61,477 nucleotides of DNA from Candidatus Coprovivens sp. Lineage in GTDB: Bacteria > Bacillota_I > Bacilli_A > RF39 > UBA660. Position 1 is the first letter of the stretch. Every line of letters begins with the position of its first letter. The notes under the pieces were generated by a model. That model was not told the origin of the DNA. It was given only the letters and a program-made list of their open reading frames with translations, and did no database searches. The position numbers were made by a program, and so were the translations under genes. Location: contig JAZOOK010000082.1 of NCBI GenBank assembly GCA_045654965.1, positions 1 through 61,477 on the forward strand, given 5' to 3'. Shown here in pieces: positions 9,604 to 18,380 of the stretch.

Positions 9604-10875
9604 ATGGCAACAGAAACTATTGATTTTGGTAATTCAGCTGGTCAAGACCATTCAGGTCAAGCTGATAACGATTCTGTAATTAACAATAAGGCTAATGATA
9701 ATCAAGTAGATATTACTAGTCTTGAAGGAGACGATGACGATGACATTACAGGTAAAGATGGTAAAGATAATAGCCAAGAAACATCAGATGATTCCAACAA
9801 CCTTTCTACGGGGGAGCTAAACCCTGGAGATAAACTAGAAGTAGATGGAATAGTTTATCAAGTAGCAGATAATGGCGATCTTGTAGATGATAAAGGTAAT
9901 GTTTTTAAAGAAGCTAAAGACGTAAATGAATGGCTTAAGTCTGTAGAAGTTGAAGATTCTAATGATGGCGGTTCTATCAATATTTCTGATATTCAAAAAG
10001 AAATCGGTATTGAAATTACAGATGAAAACGATACTCCTATTGAATTTACTAATGATGCTGCTGGAGTAAAAGCTTATGTTGATTCTGTAATTGATTTAAA
10101 ATCTAGAGAACTTCAAGAAGCAGCAGTTAATAGACTTTATGCTGATAATCCTTTGCTAAAACAATTTCAAGATTATGTTCAACTTACAGGTAGTGCTAGA
10201 GGATTTGGAGATATTCCTGATAGAAGCGGTATTATGTTGGACAAAGATAATGAAATGCAGTTAGTTGCAGTTATTAAAATGGCAGCTAATGAATTTGGTA
10301 ATAAAAGTCTTAACGATAATTATATCGCATATCTTAGAGATAGCGGAGGTCTTTATGATGAAGCAAAACAACAACTAAAGGCTTTGGTTGATAAAGATAA
10401 AGCTTATCAAAAAGAAATTGAACAAAAAGCTGCACAACAAAGAGAAGAACATGCTAAAGAACTAGCAGCTTATTGGAGTACAGTAGATAAACTTATTCAT
10501 GGTAGAGTAATTTCTGGTTATAAAATTCCAGAAAGTTTTACTAAAGAAGTTAACGGACAAAAACTAGTTATTACTCCTAAAGACTTTTTTAATTATGTAG
10601 CTAAACCTACTAAACAATCTGAAAATGGTAGAGCTATTACCGGTTATCAATATGATTTAGCAAATCTTACTGATGAAGAATATTTGAATAGAGAAATGCT
10701 TGATGCTTGGTTGATGTTTACAGGTGGGACTTATAAAGATTTGATTGATATGGCTGTTAAAGAAGATAAAGTTCGTCAGCTACGTATTAAAGCAAAAGAA
10801 CAACGTTCTAATAAAACTGTAAAAATTATTAAAAATCAATCGTCTAAATCAAGTATTGATGATATAATTCTTTAA
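9604..10875 (+). CDS. acidic coiled-coil protein (scaffolding-protein candidate)
   Basis: 423 aa with a strongly acidic N-terminus (DDDDDITGKDGKD...) and a Q/K/E-rich helical centre. It lies immediately upstream of the capsid gene and contains motif copy 3. Confidence 0.4.
   Translation: MATETIDFGNSAGQDHSGQADNDSVINNKANDNQVDITSLEGDDDDDITGKDGKDNSQETSDDSNNLSTGELNPGDKLEVDGIVYQVADNGDLVDDKGNVFKEAKDVNEWLKSVEVEDSNDGGSINISDIQKEIGIEITDENDTPIEFTNDAAGVKAYVDSVIDLKSRELQEAAVNRLYADNPLLKQFQDYVQLTGSARGFGDIPDRSGIMLDKDNEMQLVAVIKMAANEFGNKSLNDNYIAYLRDSGGLYDEAKQQLKALVDKDKAYQKEIEQKAAQQREEHAKELAAYWSTVDKLIHGRVISGYKIPESFTKEVNGQKLVITPKDFFNYVAKPTKQSENGRAITGYQYDLANLTDEEYLNREMLDAWLMFTGGTYKDLIDMAVKEDKVRQLRIKAKEQRSNKTVKIIKNQSSKSSIDDIIL
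9801..9817 (+). repeat. GC-rich motif copy 3 (CCTTTCTACGGGGGAGC)
   Basis: It lies inside 9604-10875 and is read as NLSTGE. The upstream flank is CCAACAA. Confidence 0.9.
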
Positions 10876-10911
10876 TAAATTTTAATTGTTTAATTTTTTA
10901 GAAATTTAATT

Positions 10912-12387
10912 ATGTACAAACTTAGAGAAGTATCTCGTGGTAATTATGATGACAGAGGTTATTCTAATGAAGAAACTATTGCACATCTAATGCTATCTAA
11001 ACCAGAGGAAATTAACAACATTCTTACTTATACTTATGGTATGGATGATGACCGTTTCCCTCTTACTTTCTTGACTGAAGGTCAAGGTAGTGCTGGTGTT
11101 GTTGATATTGCTACTACTCAATGGACTTGGAAAACAATGGGTCGTATGAAGTTTAACGATTATGTTCTTTACTTCAATACAGCTAATGCTACTCCAGGTA
11201 AGGGTGGTAGTATGTTTGATGTCGAATTTAAGACTCACTGGCTTATTGAACAGTATGGTCTTATTGCTCCTGATGGTGTAACTCAAGTTCGTATTATGAA
11301 AGACCTTGGTGAAGGTCCTCATGGAGGTTATCTTTATCGTCTTAAACTTACTAATCCTGATCCTAACGCTTATGTTGACCCTTCAAATCTAGAAGTTGGT
11401 AAATATTGGTCTATGACTGCTCCTACTATTAGTGAAAGCTATTCTAAGGGTAATCGTAGTAATGTTATGGGTCCTGGTAAGATGACTTCACAACTTGAAT
11501 TCCACCGTTATTCTAAAGAAATTGCAGGTAATATTTCTAATGTTGTTGTAACTTATGAATTTAAAACTAAAGGTGGTGGTACTACTAACCTTTGGATTAA
11601 TGAAGAAATGCGTCAACACGATATTACTTGTCGTATTATGGATGAAGAACGTCTTTGGCTTGCCGAATACAACCGAGATGAAAATGGTGAAATTACTCTT
11701 ATCGACCCAGATAATGGTCAGCCAATTCCTCATACAGCAGGTATGATGCAGATTTGTCGTGAAGCTAACTATGATACTTATGGTGAAGTTCTTACTCTTA
11801 ATAAGATTGAACGTACTGTAGGTGATATTCTTGACAAAGATACTGATACTGGTTCTATGGAAGTAGTGTTCTTTGGTGGTAAAGGTTTCCTTGATGATTT
11901 CGATCGTGCTATGCGTGATGATGCTCGTTCAGAAGGATTTGCTACTCCTCTTGGTGATAAGATGATTGAAGATTTCAACGGAGGTCTTTCTTATGGTAAA
12001 TATTTCCGTCGTTATCGTACAGTAGATGGTCATACAATTACAGTACAACATCTTCCATTCTTGGATAATGGTACTCTTGCAGAAAATGCTAAAGCAAATG
12101 GTATGATTCACCCTCGTTCTGGTCGTCCTATTACTTCTCACCAAGCATTCTTGATTGATATGTCTGTATATCAAGGTGTTCGTAATGTTCGTAAAGTTCG
12201 TCAAAAAGGTCAGATTTATAAAGCAGGTGTTCTTAAAGGTCTTACTGATATTCCAGCTTCTTGGGGTGCAGTACCTACTAATGCTATTTCTACTGAAATT
12301 GATATGTCACGTTACGAAATTAAGAACAGCTACGGTTTGCAAGTAAATAATTCAACAAAGATGATGCAATTGAAGTGTGTACTTTAA
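10912..12387 (+). CDS. major capsid protein
   Basis: 491 aa downstream of terL, portal and the scaffold-like gene. Codon usage differs visibly from its neighbours (Arg almost always CGT, Gly GGT, Leu CTT), as expected for the most abundant virion protein. Confidence 0.75.
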   Translation: MYKLREVSRGNYDDRGYSNEETIAHLMLSKPEEINNILTYTYGMDDDRFPLTFLTEGQGSAGVVDIATTQWTWKTMGRMKFNDYVLYFNTANATPGKGGSMFDVEFKTHWLIEQYGLIAPDGVTQVRIMKDLGEGPHGGYLYRLKLTNPDPNAYVDPSNLEVGKYWSMTAPTISESYSKGNRSNVMGPGKMTSQLEFHRYSKEIAGNISNVVVTYEFKTKGGGTTNLWINEEMRQHDITCRIMDEERLWLAEYNRDENGEITLIDPDNGQPIPHTAGMMQICREANYDTYGEVLTLNKIERTVGDILDKDTDTGSMEVVFFGGKGFLDDFDRAMRDDARSEGFATPLGDKMIEDFNGGLSYGKYFRRYRTVDGHTITVQHLPFLDNGTLAENAKANGMIHPRSGRPITSHQAFLIDMSVYQGVRNVRKVRQKGQIYKAGVLKGLTDIPASWGAVPTNAISTEIDMSRYEIKNSYGLQVNNSTKMMQLKCVL

Positions 12388-12416
12388 TTGCAAATAATTA
12401 AAAAATTAGTAGAACA

Positions 12417-13529
12417 ATGAATACACTTAAACCTAATTTAGGAAGTACAAATAAAGTTCAATCTGAGACAACCGTTGATAAACCGGCAACTACTCAATCT
12501 GAACCTTATGTAGATGAAGCTCTAAATGAAGAATATCTCGATAAAAGATATGTTACGATTAGCCTAGTACATAATTATTCTAATTATAGAAAGGCTAATC
12601 TTAAAGTTCTAGGTCAGCGTAAAGAAACTATCGGTAGCTCTATTACCTCTTGTAGAGTGCTTTCATCAAATAGAGGAGAAGTAGAAACTTATTTTCCTGC
12701 TCTTGTAGGTTTGTCTCCTAATAATCCAGAATTTATTACTAGAGTTAAGGCTTGGCTAGGAAACATACAATTTATTGTTAATGACAATGATGCTCGTTTA
12801 GATATTTCATTTCTTTATAATACTAAACAAGACTATTTGAATTTCAAAAATAAAGAAGAGCAAATTGACAACGAATATAACAAAAGTGACAGAAGCAATA
12901 CTACCAAAATTAAAGAAGCTGTAAAACGTAAAGTTGAAGCTCTTAATACTTTGGAAAGTGAAAAGTATAAAGTTGGTAGACCTGTCAATCTTGAAGAATA
13001 TTTGATGTATCGTCATTGCCTTCTTTATAAGGATGTAGCTAAAGATATTTCTCTTATTAATTCTGATTCTTCTCTTCGTTTTTATATAAAAGATGAAGCT
13101 AAAGAAGCAGAAAAACAAAAGAAGTTGATTGAGCAAAGAAAGAAAGCTATGCGTAATTTTATAGAACTTATGAGTTCTGACCAAAAATTTAATGCAGTAT
13201 ATATTGCTATGGTTGCAGCTCGTAATGAAAATGTAGCAGAAGCTATGCTTCGTGACTTTACTGAAAAAGAAGCAATTCTTATGAGTTTTGTCAATGACCA
13301 TCCAGAGAAATTTAATAGTTTAGTTAATGATAAAAACATTATAACTAAAGCATTTATTGAAACATTAATTGTTAGAGGTGAACTAGTTCGTGCTGAATAC
13401 AATCAACAAATTTCATCAGTTGACGGTAGCTTTATAGGATCTAATATGAATGAAGCTGTAGCTTATTTTAATAATCCTGATAATAAAGATATTCGTGCAA
13501 TTTATGAAAATAAATTAAAGATGTTTTAA
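12417..13529 (+). CDS. hypothetical virion-module protein (370 aa)
   Basis: ATG ORF 29 nt after the capsid gene. The K/E-rich helical protein may be a capsid accessory protein, by position only. Confidence 0.55.
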   Translation: MNTLKPNLGSTNKVQSETTVDKPATTQSEPYVDEALNEEYLDKRYVTISLVHNYSNYRKANLKVLGQRKETIGSSITSCRVLSSNRGEVETYFPALVGLSPNNPEFITRVKAWLGNIQFIVNDNDARLDISFLYNTKQDYLNFKNKEEQIDNEYNKSDRSNTTKIKEAVKRKVEALNTLESEKYKVGRPVNLEEYLMYRHCLLYKDVAKDISLINSDSSLRFYIKDEAKEAEKQKKLIEQRKKAMRNFIELMSSDQKFNAVYIAMVAARNENVAEAMLRDFTEKEAILMSFVNDHPEKFNSLVNDKNIITKAFIETLIVRGELVRAEYNQQISSVDGSFIGSNMNEAVAYFNNPDNKDIRAIYENKLKMF

Positions 13530-13531
13530 TT

Positions 13532-14416
13532 ATGGATATAGTTGATATGCACAAATGGATTCGTCAATATGCTCAGCAGATGGGTGCACAAAATAATCGT
13601 ACTCTTCTGCCAGAGCAGATTGATATACTGATTAATACAGCTATTATCGATAGTGTCAATCAACTTATTACAGAAAACATTGTTTTAACTAGTACTCAAG
13701 AAACTACAAATAACTCAAAACTTGGACAAATTAATGCTCTTAAACCTTTATATAAAGTGGCTATTATAGATATGTCTCCAAAAGTTACAAGTCGAGATAG
13801 CCTAGTATTTGTTTTTGATAAAACGGATAGTGTTAATGGTAAGATGACAACTAATTTTCCTGGTTTTGTAAATTCTTCTATTCCAGATTATTTATATCTT
13901 GTAGGTTTTTCTCTTAACTATAAACAAGTTATAGATAATTTAGGTTATACAGGATATATTAGTAAAGGACAAGGAACTGATAGTTATATCGAACCTATAT
14001 TTAAAGAAGGGACTGAAACTAAATTTTTTCCTGTTAGAATAATAGATGATACATTAGCAGTTAATACAATGAATGACTATGTACTTAAAAATAAAATTAC
14101 TAGTCCTATTATTGTAGCTCATGATAATCATTTCGACTTATATATAGATACCTTTATAGAAAAATCAATAGGAGAAACTAGTAGATTCCTTCTTAAAGGG
14201 GAGCTTATTCCGTATAAACTTAGAATGAGTTATATAGCTAAACCTGCTAAAGTTAAATATGTAGGTATTGATAGTACAGAAAATGTTAACTGTGATCTTC
14301 CTGAATATATGCATACAGATATTCTTAAACGAGCTGTAGATTTATATAGAATAACTGTTTCTGGAAGTTTACATTCTTCACAACAAATATCTAATACTGA
14401 TAACAATGTTAAATAA
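13532..14416 (+). CDS. hypothetical virion-module protein (294 aa)
   Basis: ATG ORF 2 nt after the previous stop, co-directional. No motif recognised. Confidence 0.55.
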   Translation: MDIVDMHKWIRQYAQQMGAQNNRTLLPEQIDILINTAIIDSVNQLITENIVLTSTQETTNNSKLGQINALKPLYKVAIIDMSPKVTSRDSLVFVFDKTDSVNGKMTTNFPGFVNSSIPDYLYLVGFSLNYKQVIDNLGYTGYISKGQGTDSYIEPIFKEGTETKFFPVRIIDDTLAVNTMNDYVLKNKITSPIIVAHDNHFDLYIDTFIEKSIGETSRFLLKGELIPYKLRMSYIAKPAKVKYVGIDSTENVNCDLPEYMHTDILKRAVDLYRITVSGSLHSSQQISNTDNNVK

Positions 14417-14434
14417 TATTTAAATACTTTTAAA

Positions 14435-15301
14435 ATGAAACAACTATTTATTTGTGATAGCGGAACTTATACTACTAATAGCAAATTTGCAGATATTGAT
14501 AAAATTAGTAAAGGTTACTTAGGTCTTTATGATTTAAGTACTGAAACCCTTATTACTAGTGAATCTGAAGCTGCACACGATTTTGCTATTGTACTAGGTA
14601 GAGGAGATGGTTTGAGTCCTAGACTTATTCCAGAAGTAGATATTAAAACTCTTACAGTAACTAAAGCAGACTGTAAAGAAGGTAAGAATTTTTCTGCTTC
14701 AGTAGTAGTTCCAACAGCAGTCGTTGGCACAAAATATACTATTATTTTGACAAAACTTGGAAAAGGAGTTAATGAAAGATCTAGTTGGACTTTTGATGCA
14801 GTAGCTAAAGCTACAACAGCTGCAAATGTCGCAGCAGATCTTGCTAAACAAATTAATGCTAATTCTGTTAATACTGGTTTTTCTGCTTCAGTAAGTACGG
14901 CTACTATTACTATTACAGGTTCTAATAATGAACCTTGTGCTATTACTTTGGCAGACGGTTTGAGTAATGTTACTCCTACTGTTAGTGAAAAAGGTAATAA
15001 ACCAATTCTATACGCAGAACAAGTTAAAGAACTAGCTCTTGCGTGTGCTGCAGGTAAAGGATTTAATTATCTTGCTGAAGGAGGTCAAGACCTTTATCCT
15101 GGTTTTCCAGAAACTATATCAACTAGTGGCGGTGGTTATCTTTATACCTTGCGTTTTGCAGTACCTCGTATGAGTGGAAAACAAACAGATGAAGTTGTTT
15201 ATCAAATTGTTCATTTGTTTGTTACTAAAAATGGAAACCTTTCAACTACGTTGGATAAAATTTTTGGATTGGTTAAAGCAGAAGCTCCAGAACTTGAATA
15301 A
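14435..15301 (+). CDS. hypothetical structural protein (288 aa), A/T/V/G-rich
   Basis: The composition is beta-rich and resembles surface or decoration proteins. The gene is followed by a 22-bp perfect palindrome (15315-15365). Confidence 0.55.
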   Translation: MKQLFICDSGTYTTNSKFADIDKISKGYLGLYDLSTETLITSESEAAHDFAIVLGRGDGLSPRLIPEVDIKTLTVTKADCKEGKNFSASVVVPTAVVGTKYTIILTKLGKGVNERSSWTFDAVAKATTAANVAADLAKQINANSVNTGFSASVSTATITITGSNNEPCAITLADGLSNVTPTVSEKGNKPILYAEQVKELALACAAGKGFNYLAEGGQDLYPGFPETISTSGGGYLYTLRFAVPRMSGKQTDEVVYQIVHLFVTKNGNLSTTLDKIFGLVKAEAPELE

Positions 15302-15314
15302 TAATATCTAAAAC

Positions 15315-15365
15315 AATATTTATATAGTCATTAAGTTATACCTACTTAATGACTATATAAATATT
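15315..15365 (+). terminator. 22-bp perfect palindrome with a 7-nt loop (hairpin or terminator candidate)
   Basis: AATATTTATATAGTCATTAAGT / ACTTAATGACTATATAAATATT were checked base by base. It lies 14 nt after the stop of 14435-15301 and has no clean T-run. Confidence 0.5.
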
Positions 15366-15378
15366 TAAGCTAACAAGT

Positions 15379-16002
15379 ATGAATGATTTACAAACTATTA
15401 ATAATATTATAGATGGAGCTATAAAAGATTCATCTTATATTACAGTTCTAATTTCTAGTGGAGTTTTTATATTATATACTCTAATAATTAAAGTTGTAGA
15501 ATTATTTAAGACTAAAAGCAGAAATAAACCATTGCTTGATATGGCTACTGCTATAAAAGAAGTTAGCGAAAATGTTGTAAAACTTAATCAAGTTTTAGAT
15601 AAAACCTTTCAAAATGCTGAAATAAAAGAAATAAATAAAATTAATAATGTTATAGAAATTGCATTTAATAGTTCTAAAAGTAATGTTATAGATAAATGTA
15701 TAAGCATTATAATACATAATCACATTGAATTTGACAAAGAATCTATTAAACAAACTTTATATAAAACTGTAAGTACAGAATATTATAAACTTTATTCTAT
15801 TTTTTCAGCTTACGAACACGATTCTATCAATGTTGCTACAAAAATAAAAGAAGAATGGATAGATAATGTAACAAATGCTTGTCTTACCATAATATACGAT
15901 GGAGCAGATAATATTACAAGAATACGTCAGCTTAATGATAAATTAAGTCTTATAACTGATGAGTATTCTATTTATCTTAAAAATAAAATTTTTAATCATT
16001 AA
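15379..16002 (+). CDS. membrane-anchored hypothetical protein (207 aa)
   Basis: It has an N-terminal TM segment (YITVLISSGVFILYTLIIKVV) and a helical remainder. Confidence 0.5.
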   Translation: MNDLQTINNIIDGAIKDSSYITVLISSGVFILYTLIIKVVELFKTKSRNKPLLDMATAIKEVSENVVKLNQVLDKTFQNAEIKEINKINNVIEIAFNSSKSNVIDKCISIIIHNHIEFDKESIKQTLYKTVSTEYYKLYSIFSAYEHDSINVATKIKEEWIDNVTNACLTIIYDGADNITRIRQLNDKLSLITDEYSIYLKNKIFNH

Positions 16003-16014
16003 TAAGACGTTCTT

Positions 16015-16227
16015 ATGTATAATGAGTTATTAAAAGATTTAGATAACAAATTAAGTAAAGTAACTGATGATATTATAATGTTACGAAACGTAGGTTATAT
16101 ACCTAATGCTAAAAAGTATATTCAGTTAAGTTGTGGTTTGTTTATTACAAAAGCATTTATTAATAACGATTTATTTACAGACGACCAACGTAGAAATATT
16201 AATCGTATTTATAATAAACTTTTTTGA
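16015..16227 (+). CDS. hypothetical protein (70 aa)
   Basis: Short ATG ORF whose stop lies 2 nt before the ATG of the next gene, so translational coupling is likely. Confidence 0.45.
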   Translation: MYNELLKDLDNKLSKVTDDIIMLRNVGYIPNAKKYIQLSCGLFITKAFINNDLFTDDQRRNINRIYNKLF

Positions 16228-16229
16228 CT

Positions 16230-17318
16230 ATGGATGATACTAGTTTATATAATTTAGGACTTCTATATCTTGTTATTCCTACAGAGTTTGAATGCACATA
16301 TAAAAGACTATGTGTATTAATGGCAGATTATGGTGAAGAAATGTTGAAAGATTGTAAAGCTAATTGTACGGAAAAAAACGTACAAGTAATAGAATGTTTC
16401 AATATGTTTAATTCAGCTATTGCTGCTAAAAATCAAGGTAATGATAAATTAGCATTTTTAATTATAAAATATATAAATGCTAAATTAAATAACATTTATG
16501 GATACGATAATTCAAGTGAATTATGTAATAAAGTTACTGTAATTCCTGATCCTGAACAACCAAGTCCTGAACAACCAAGTAATCCTCTTCCAGATAGTTT
16601 ACTTAATATTGGTTATACTGCTTTAGATTTAGATTGTCTAATGGGAGATTCTATAACTTATACAGCTGAAGTTTTAACTAAATGGAATAATAAAGAAATT
16701 ACAACATTTGACGGAGATACTACATTAGTATATGCGCCTGTAATAGATTTAAGTGATAAACAAACTTCTTCTAAATTATTTAATAGATGTTCTAATTTAA
16801 TTTATGTACCATCTTTAGATTGTGCACCTATTACAGATGCAACAGAAATGTTTGCTTATTGCGGTAAACTTAAACATATTAATACTTTGCGATTTCCAAA
16901 TTGTACTTCTTTAAATAGTATATGTTATCATTGTTATGAACTAGAAAGTATTAAATTTGATAATACTAGAAATGTAACTGATTTAGATTGGGCATTTTCA
17001 AATTGTAAAGCATTAAAAAGAATAGAAGGTTTAGATATAACTAAAGTTACTTCTAAAAAATATGCTTTTGACCAATGTAATTCATTGCAATATTTAGATA
17101 TTATTGGTTTAGGACATAGTAGTATAACTGATTTCAGCGATATACTTAATTGGGGTACAGGAGGAGAAGAAAATAAACAAAGTTTGTTAAATAGTTTACT
17201 TGTAAATTCTGCTCAATTAGAAGCTACTATGGTTATTAAATTATCAACTAATACTAGAGCTGTGTTAACTGAAGAAGAAATAGCATCTATTAAAAGTAGA
17301 GGTTACATTATTCAATAA
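16230..17318 (+). CDS. BspA-like / DUF285-type leucine-rich-repeat protein
   Basis: The repeat 'xF..C..L..I' recurs roughly every 22-26 aa (MFAYCGKLKHI, HCYELESI, AFSNCKALKRI, AFDQCNSLQYL). A proline-rich linker PEQPSPEQPS precedes it. I prefer the ATG at 16230 to the TTG at 16224 used in the ORF track. Confidence 0.55.
   Translation: MDDTSLYNLGLLYLVIPTEFECTYKRLCVLMADYGEEMLKDCKANCTEKNVQVIECFNMFNSAIAAKNQGNDKLAFLIIKYINAKLNNIYGYDNSSELCNKVTVIPDPEQPSPEQPSNPLPDSLLNIGYTALDLDCLMGDSITYTAEVLTKWNNKEITTFDGDTTLVYAPVIDLSDKQTSSKLFNRCSNLIYVPSLDCAPITDATEMFAYCGKLKHINTLRFPNCTSLNSICYHCYELESIKFDNTRNVTDLDWAFSNCKALKRIEGLDITKVTSKKYAFDQCNSLQYLDIIGLGHSSITDFSDILNWGTGGEENKQSLLNSLLVNSAQLEATMVIKLSTNTRAVLTEEEIASIKSRGYIIQ
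16551..16580 (+). repeat. 15-bp tandem repeat x2 (CCTGAACAACCAAGT) encoding PEQPS-PEQPS
   Basis: Two exact adjacent copies read directly from the sequence, inside the LRR protein linker. Confidence 0.9.
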
Positions 17319-17358
17319 AAACTTATCTGAATATAGACGTTATTTAAAATAAAAATGT

Positions 17359-17366
17359 TATATTTG
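17359..17366 (+). promoter_or_regulatory. -7 box candidate (TATATTTG)
   Basis: It lies 26 nt upstream of the small basic ORF ATG at 17392. No convincing -33 element is present. Confidence 0.3.
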
Positions 17367-17391
17367 CAAACAATATAATAACATATAAGTT

Positions 17392-17550
17392 ATGGCTAAA
17401 ACAAGTAGTAAATCAACAAGTAAAAGTACTAATAAAAGTACAAGTAAAGGAGTAACAAGGTCATCTTATAGACCTAATCCTTTGGTTCCAAAAGCAGGTG
17501 TTACACGTTCAGGTAGAAGAAGTTATGAATATGGAGGAAAAGTTAAATAA
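17392..17550 (+). CDS. small highly basic K/S/T-repeat protein (52 aa), absent from the ORF track
   Basis: My own translation is MAKTSSKSTSKSTNKSTSKGVTRSSYRPNPLVPKAGVTRSGRRSYEYGGKVK*. A TAnnTTTG box lies 26 nt upstream. The ORF fills an otherwise empty gap and overlaps the next gene start by 26 nt. Confidence 0.45.
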   Translation: MAKTSSKSTSKSTNKSTSKGVTRSSYRPNPLVPKAGVTRSGRRSYEYGGKVK

Positions 17551-17899
17551 AACATCAGTTAGAGTTTTAGTACTTACTACAAAAGTTCTTCCTATTTTTA
17601 TTGCGATTATTCAATTCTTAAATGTCGTTATAAGTTTCTTTCATGGTAATGATATTCCTCTTAATTATATTGGAGGAATATCATTATTGCCATTATTATA
17701 CTTATATTTAGCTAGCTATACATTTAAATTGTGCGAATATTATAGAATGTTTTTGCATTATAGTGTTGTAGTAAATCTTATAAACATTTATGATTTTTAT
17801 TTTGGAATACCTATCACTGATATGGACTATTTGCTATTAATGGTTATGTTAACAATATTAACAATGTTAGTTGTAATATATTTAAAGTTTTTCAAATGA
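17525..17899 (+). CDS. multi-pass membrane protein (about 124 aa)
   Basis: There are three to four hydrophobic segments. I prefer the ATG at 17525 or 17531 to the track start at 17498, which overlaps the small basic ORF further. Confidence 0.5.
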   Translation: MNMEEKLNKTSVRVLVLTTKVLPIFIAIIQFLNVVISFFHGNDIPLNYIGGISLLPLLYLYLASYTFKLCEYYRMFLHYSVVVNLINIYDFYFGIPITDMDYLLLMVMLTILTMLVVIYLKFFK

Positions 17900-18201
17900 A
17901 TACATTAACAAATAAAGCTATTGCTAAAATATTTAGAGAATTTGCTGATAAAATAGAAAAAGGAACTTGTGCAGTAGATGTAGAAACTCTAACAGATGTA
18001 GCAAATAAAATGATTCATATAAAACTAAATGCCGAGCAGATGTGTAGTTATCTAAATGTTTCTAGAGCTACACTTACAAGAATGATTTGCGATGGTAGAG
18101 TTCCTAGACCTCGTAAAAGTCCTGGAGAAAAAGAATATTGGTATCAAGACGAAGTAGATGAATATATTCGTAATTATAAATTAAAATATAACTTGGATTA
18201 A
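17896..18201 (+). CDS. helix-turn-helix DNA-binding protein (Xis/AlpA/MerR-type HTH)
   Basis: 'MCSYLNVSRATLTRMICDGRVPRPRK..EKEYWYQDEVDEYI' matches the excisionase/AlpA-type HTH pattern (L.vS..Tl.r....G..P...k.g....W...ev..w). There is an ATGA overlap with the upstream gene and a strong terminator follows. Confidence 0.55.
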   Translation: MNTLTNKAIAKIFREFADKIEKGTCAVDVETLTDVANKMIHIKLNAEQMCSYLNVSRATLTRMICDGRVPRPRKSPGEKEYWYQDEVDEYIRNYKLKYNLD

Positions 18202-18234
18202 CCTAATACTTTACTTATAGTCATTGATTTATTT

Positions 18235-18280
18235 GCAGACTATCTAATTTATTGATAATTAGATAGTCTGCTTTATTTTG
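18235..18280 (+). terminator. rho-independent terminator
   Basis: A perfect 15-bp stem (GCAGACTATCTAATT / AATTAGATAGTCTGC) with a 7-nt loop is followed by TTTATTTTG. Confidence 0.75.
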
Positions 18281-18311
18281 ATTAAAAATATATCATATAA
18301 CTTCTGACTTC

Positions 18312-18319
18312 TAACTTTG
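18312..18319 (+). promoter_or_regulatory. -7 box candidate (TAACTTTG)
   Basis: It lies 62 nt upstream of the codon-optimised gene 18381-19367 and just downstream of the terminator at 18235-18280. No clear -33 element is present. Confidence 0.3.
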
Positions 18320-18380
18320 CATCGTACAGATACTAGTTAAGTACAAAAACAAAAGTTTAATAATTAAATTAAAGTAATTT

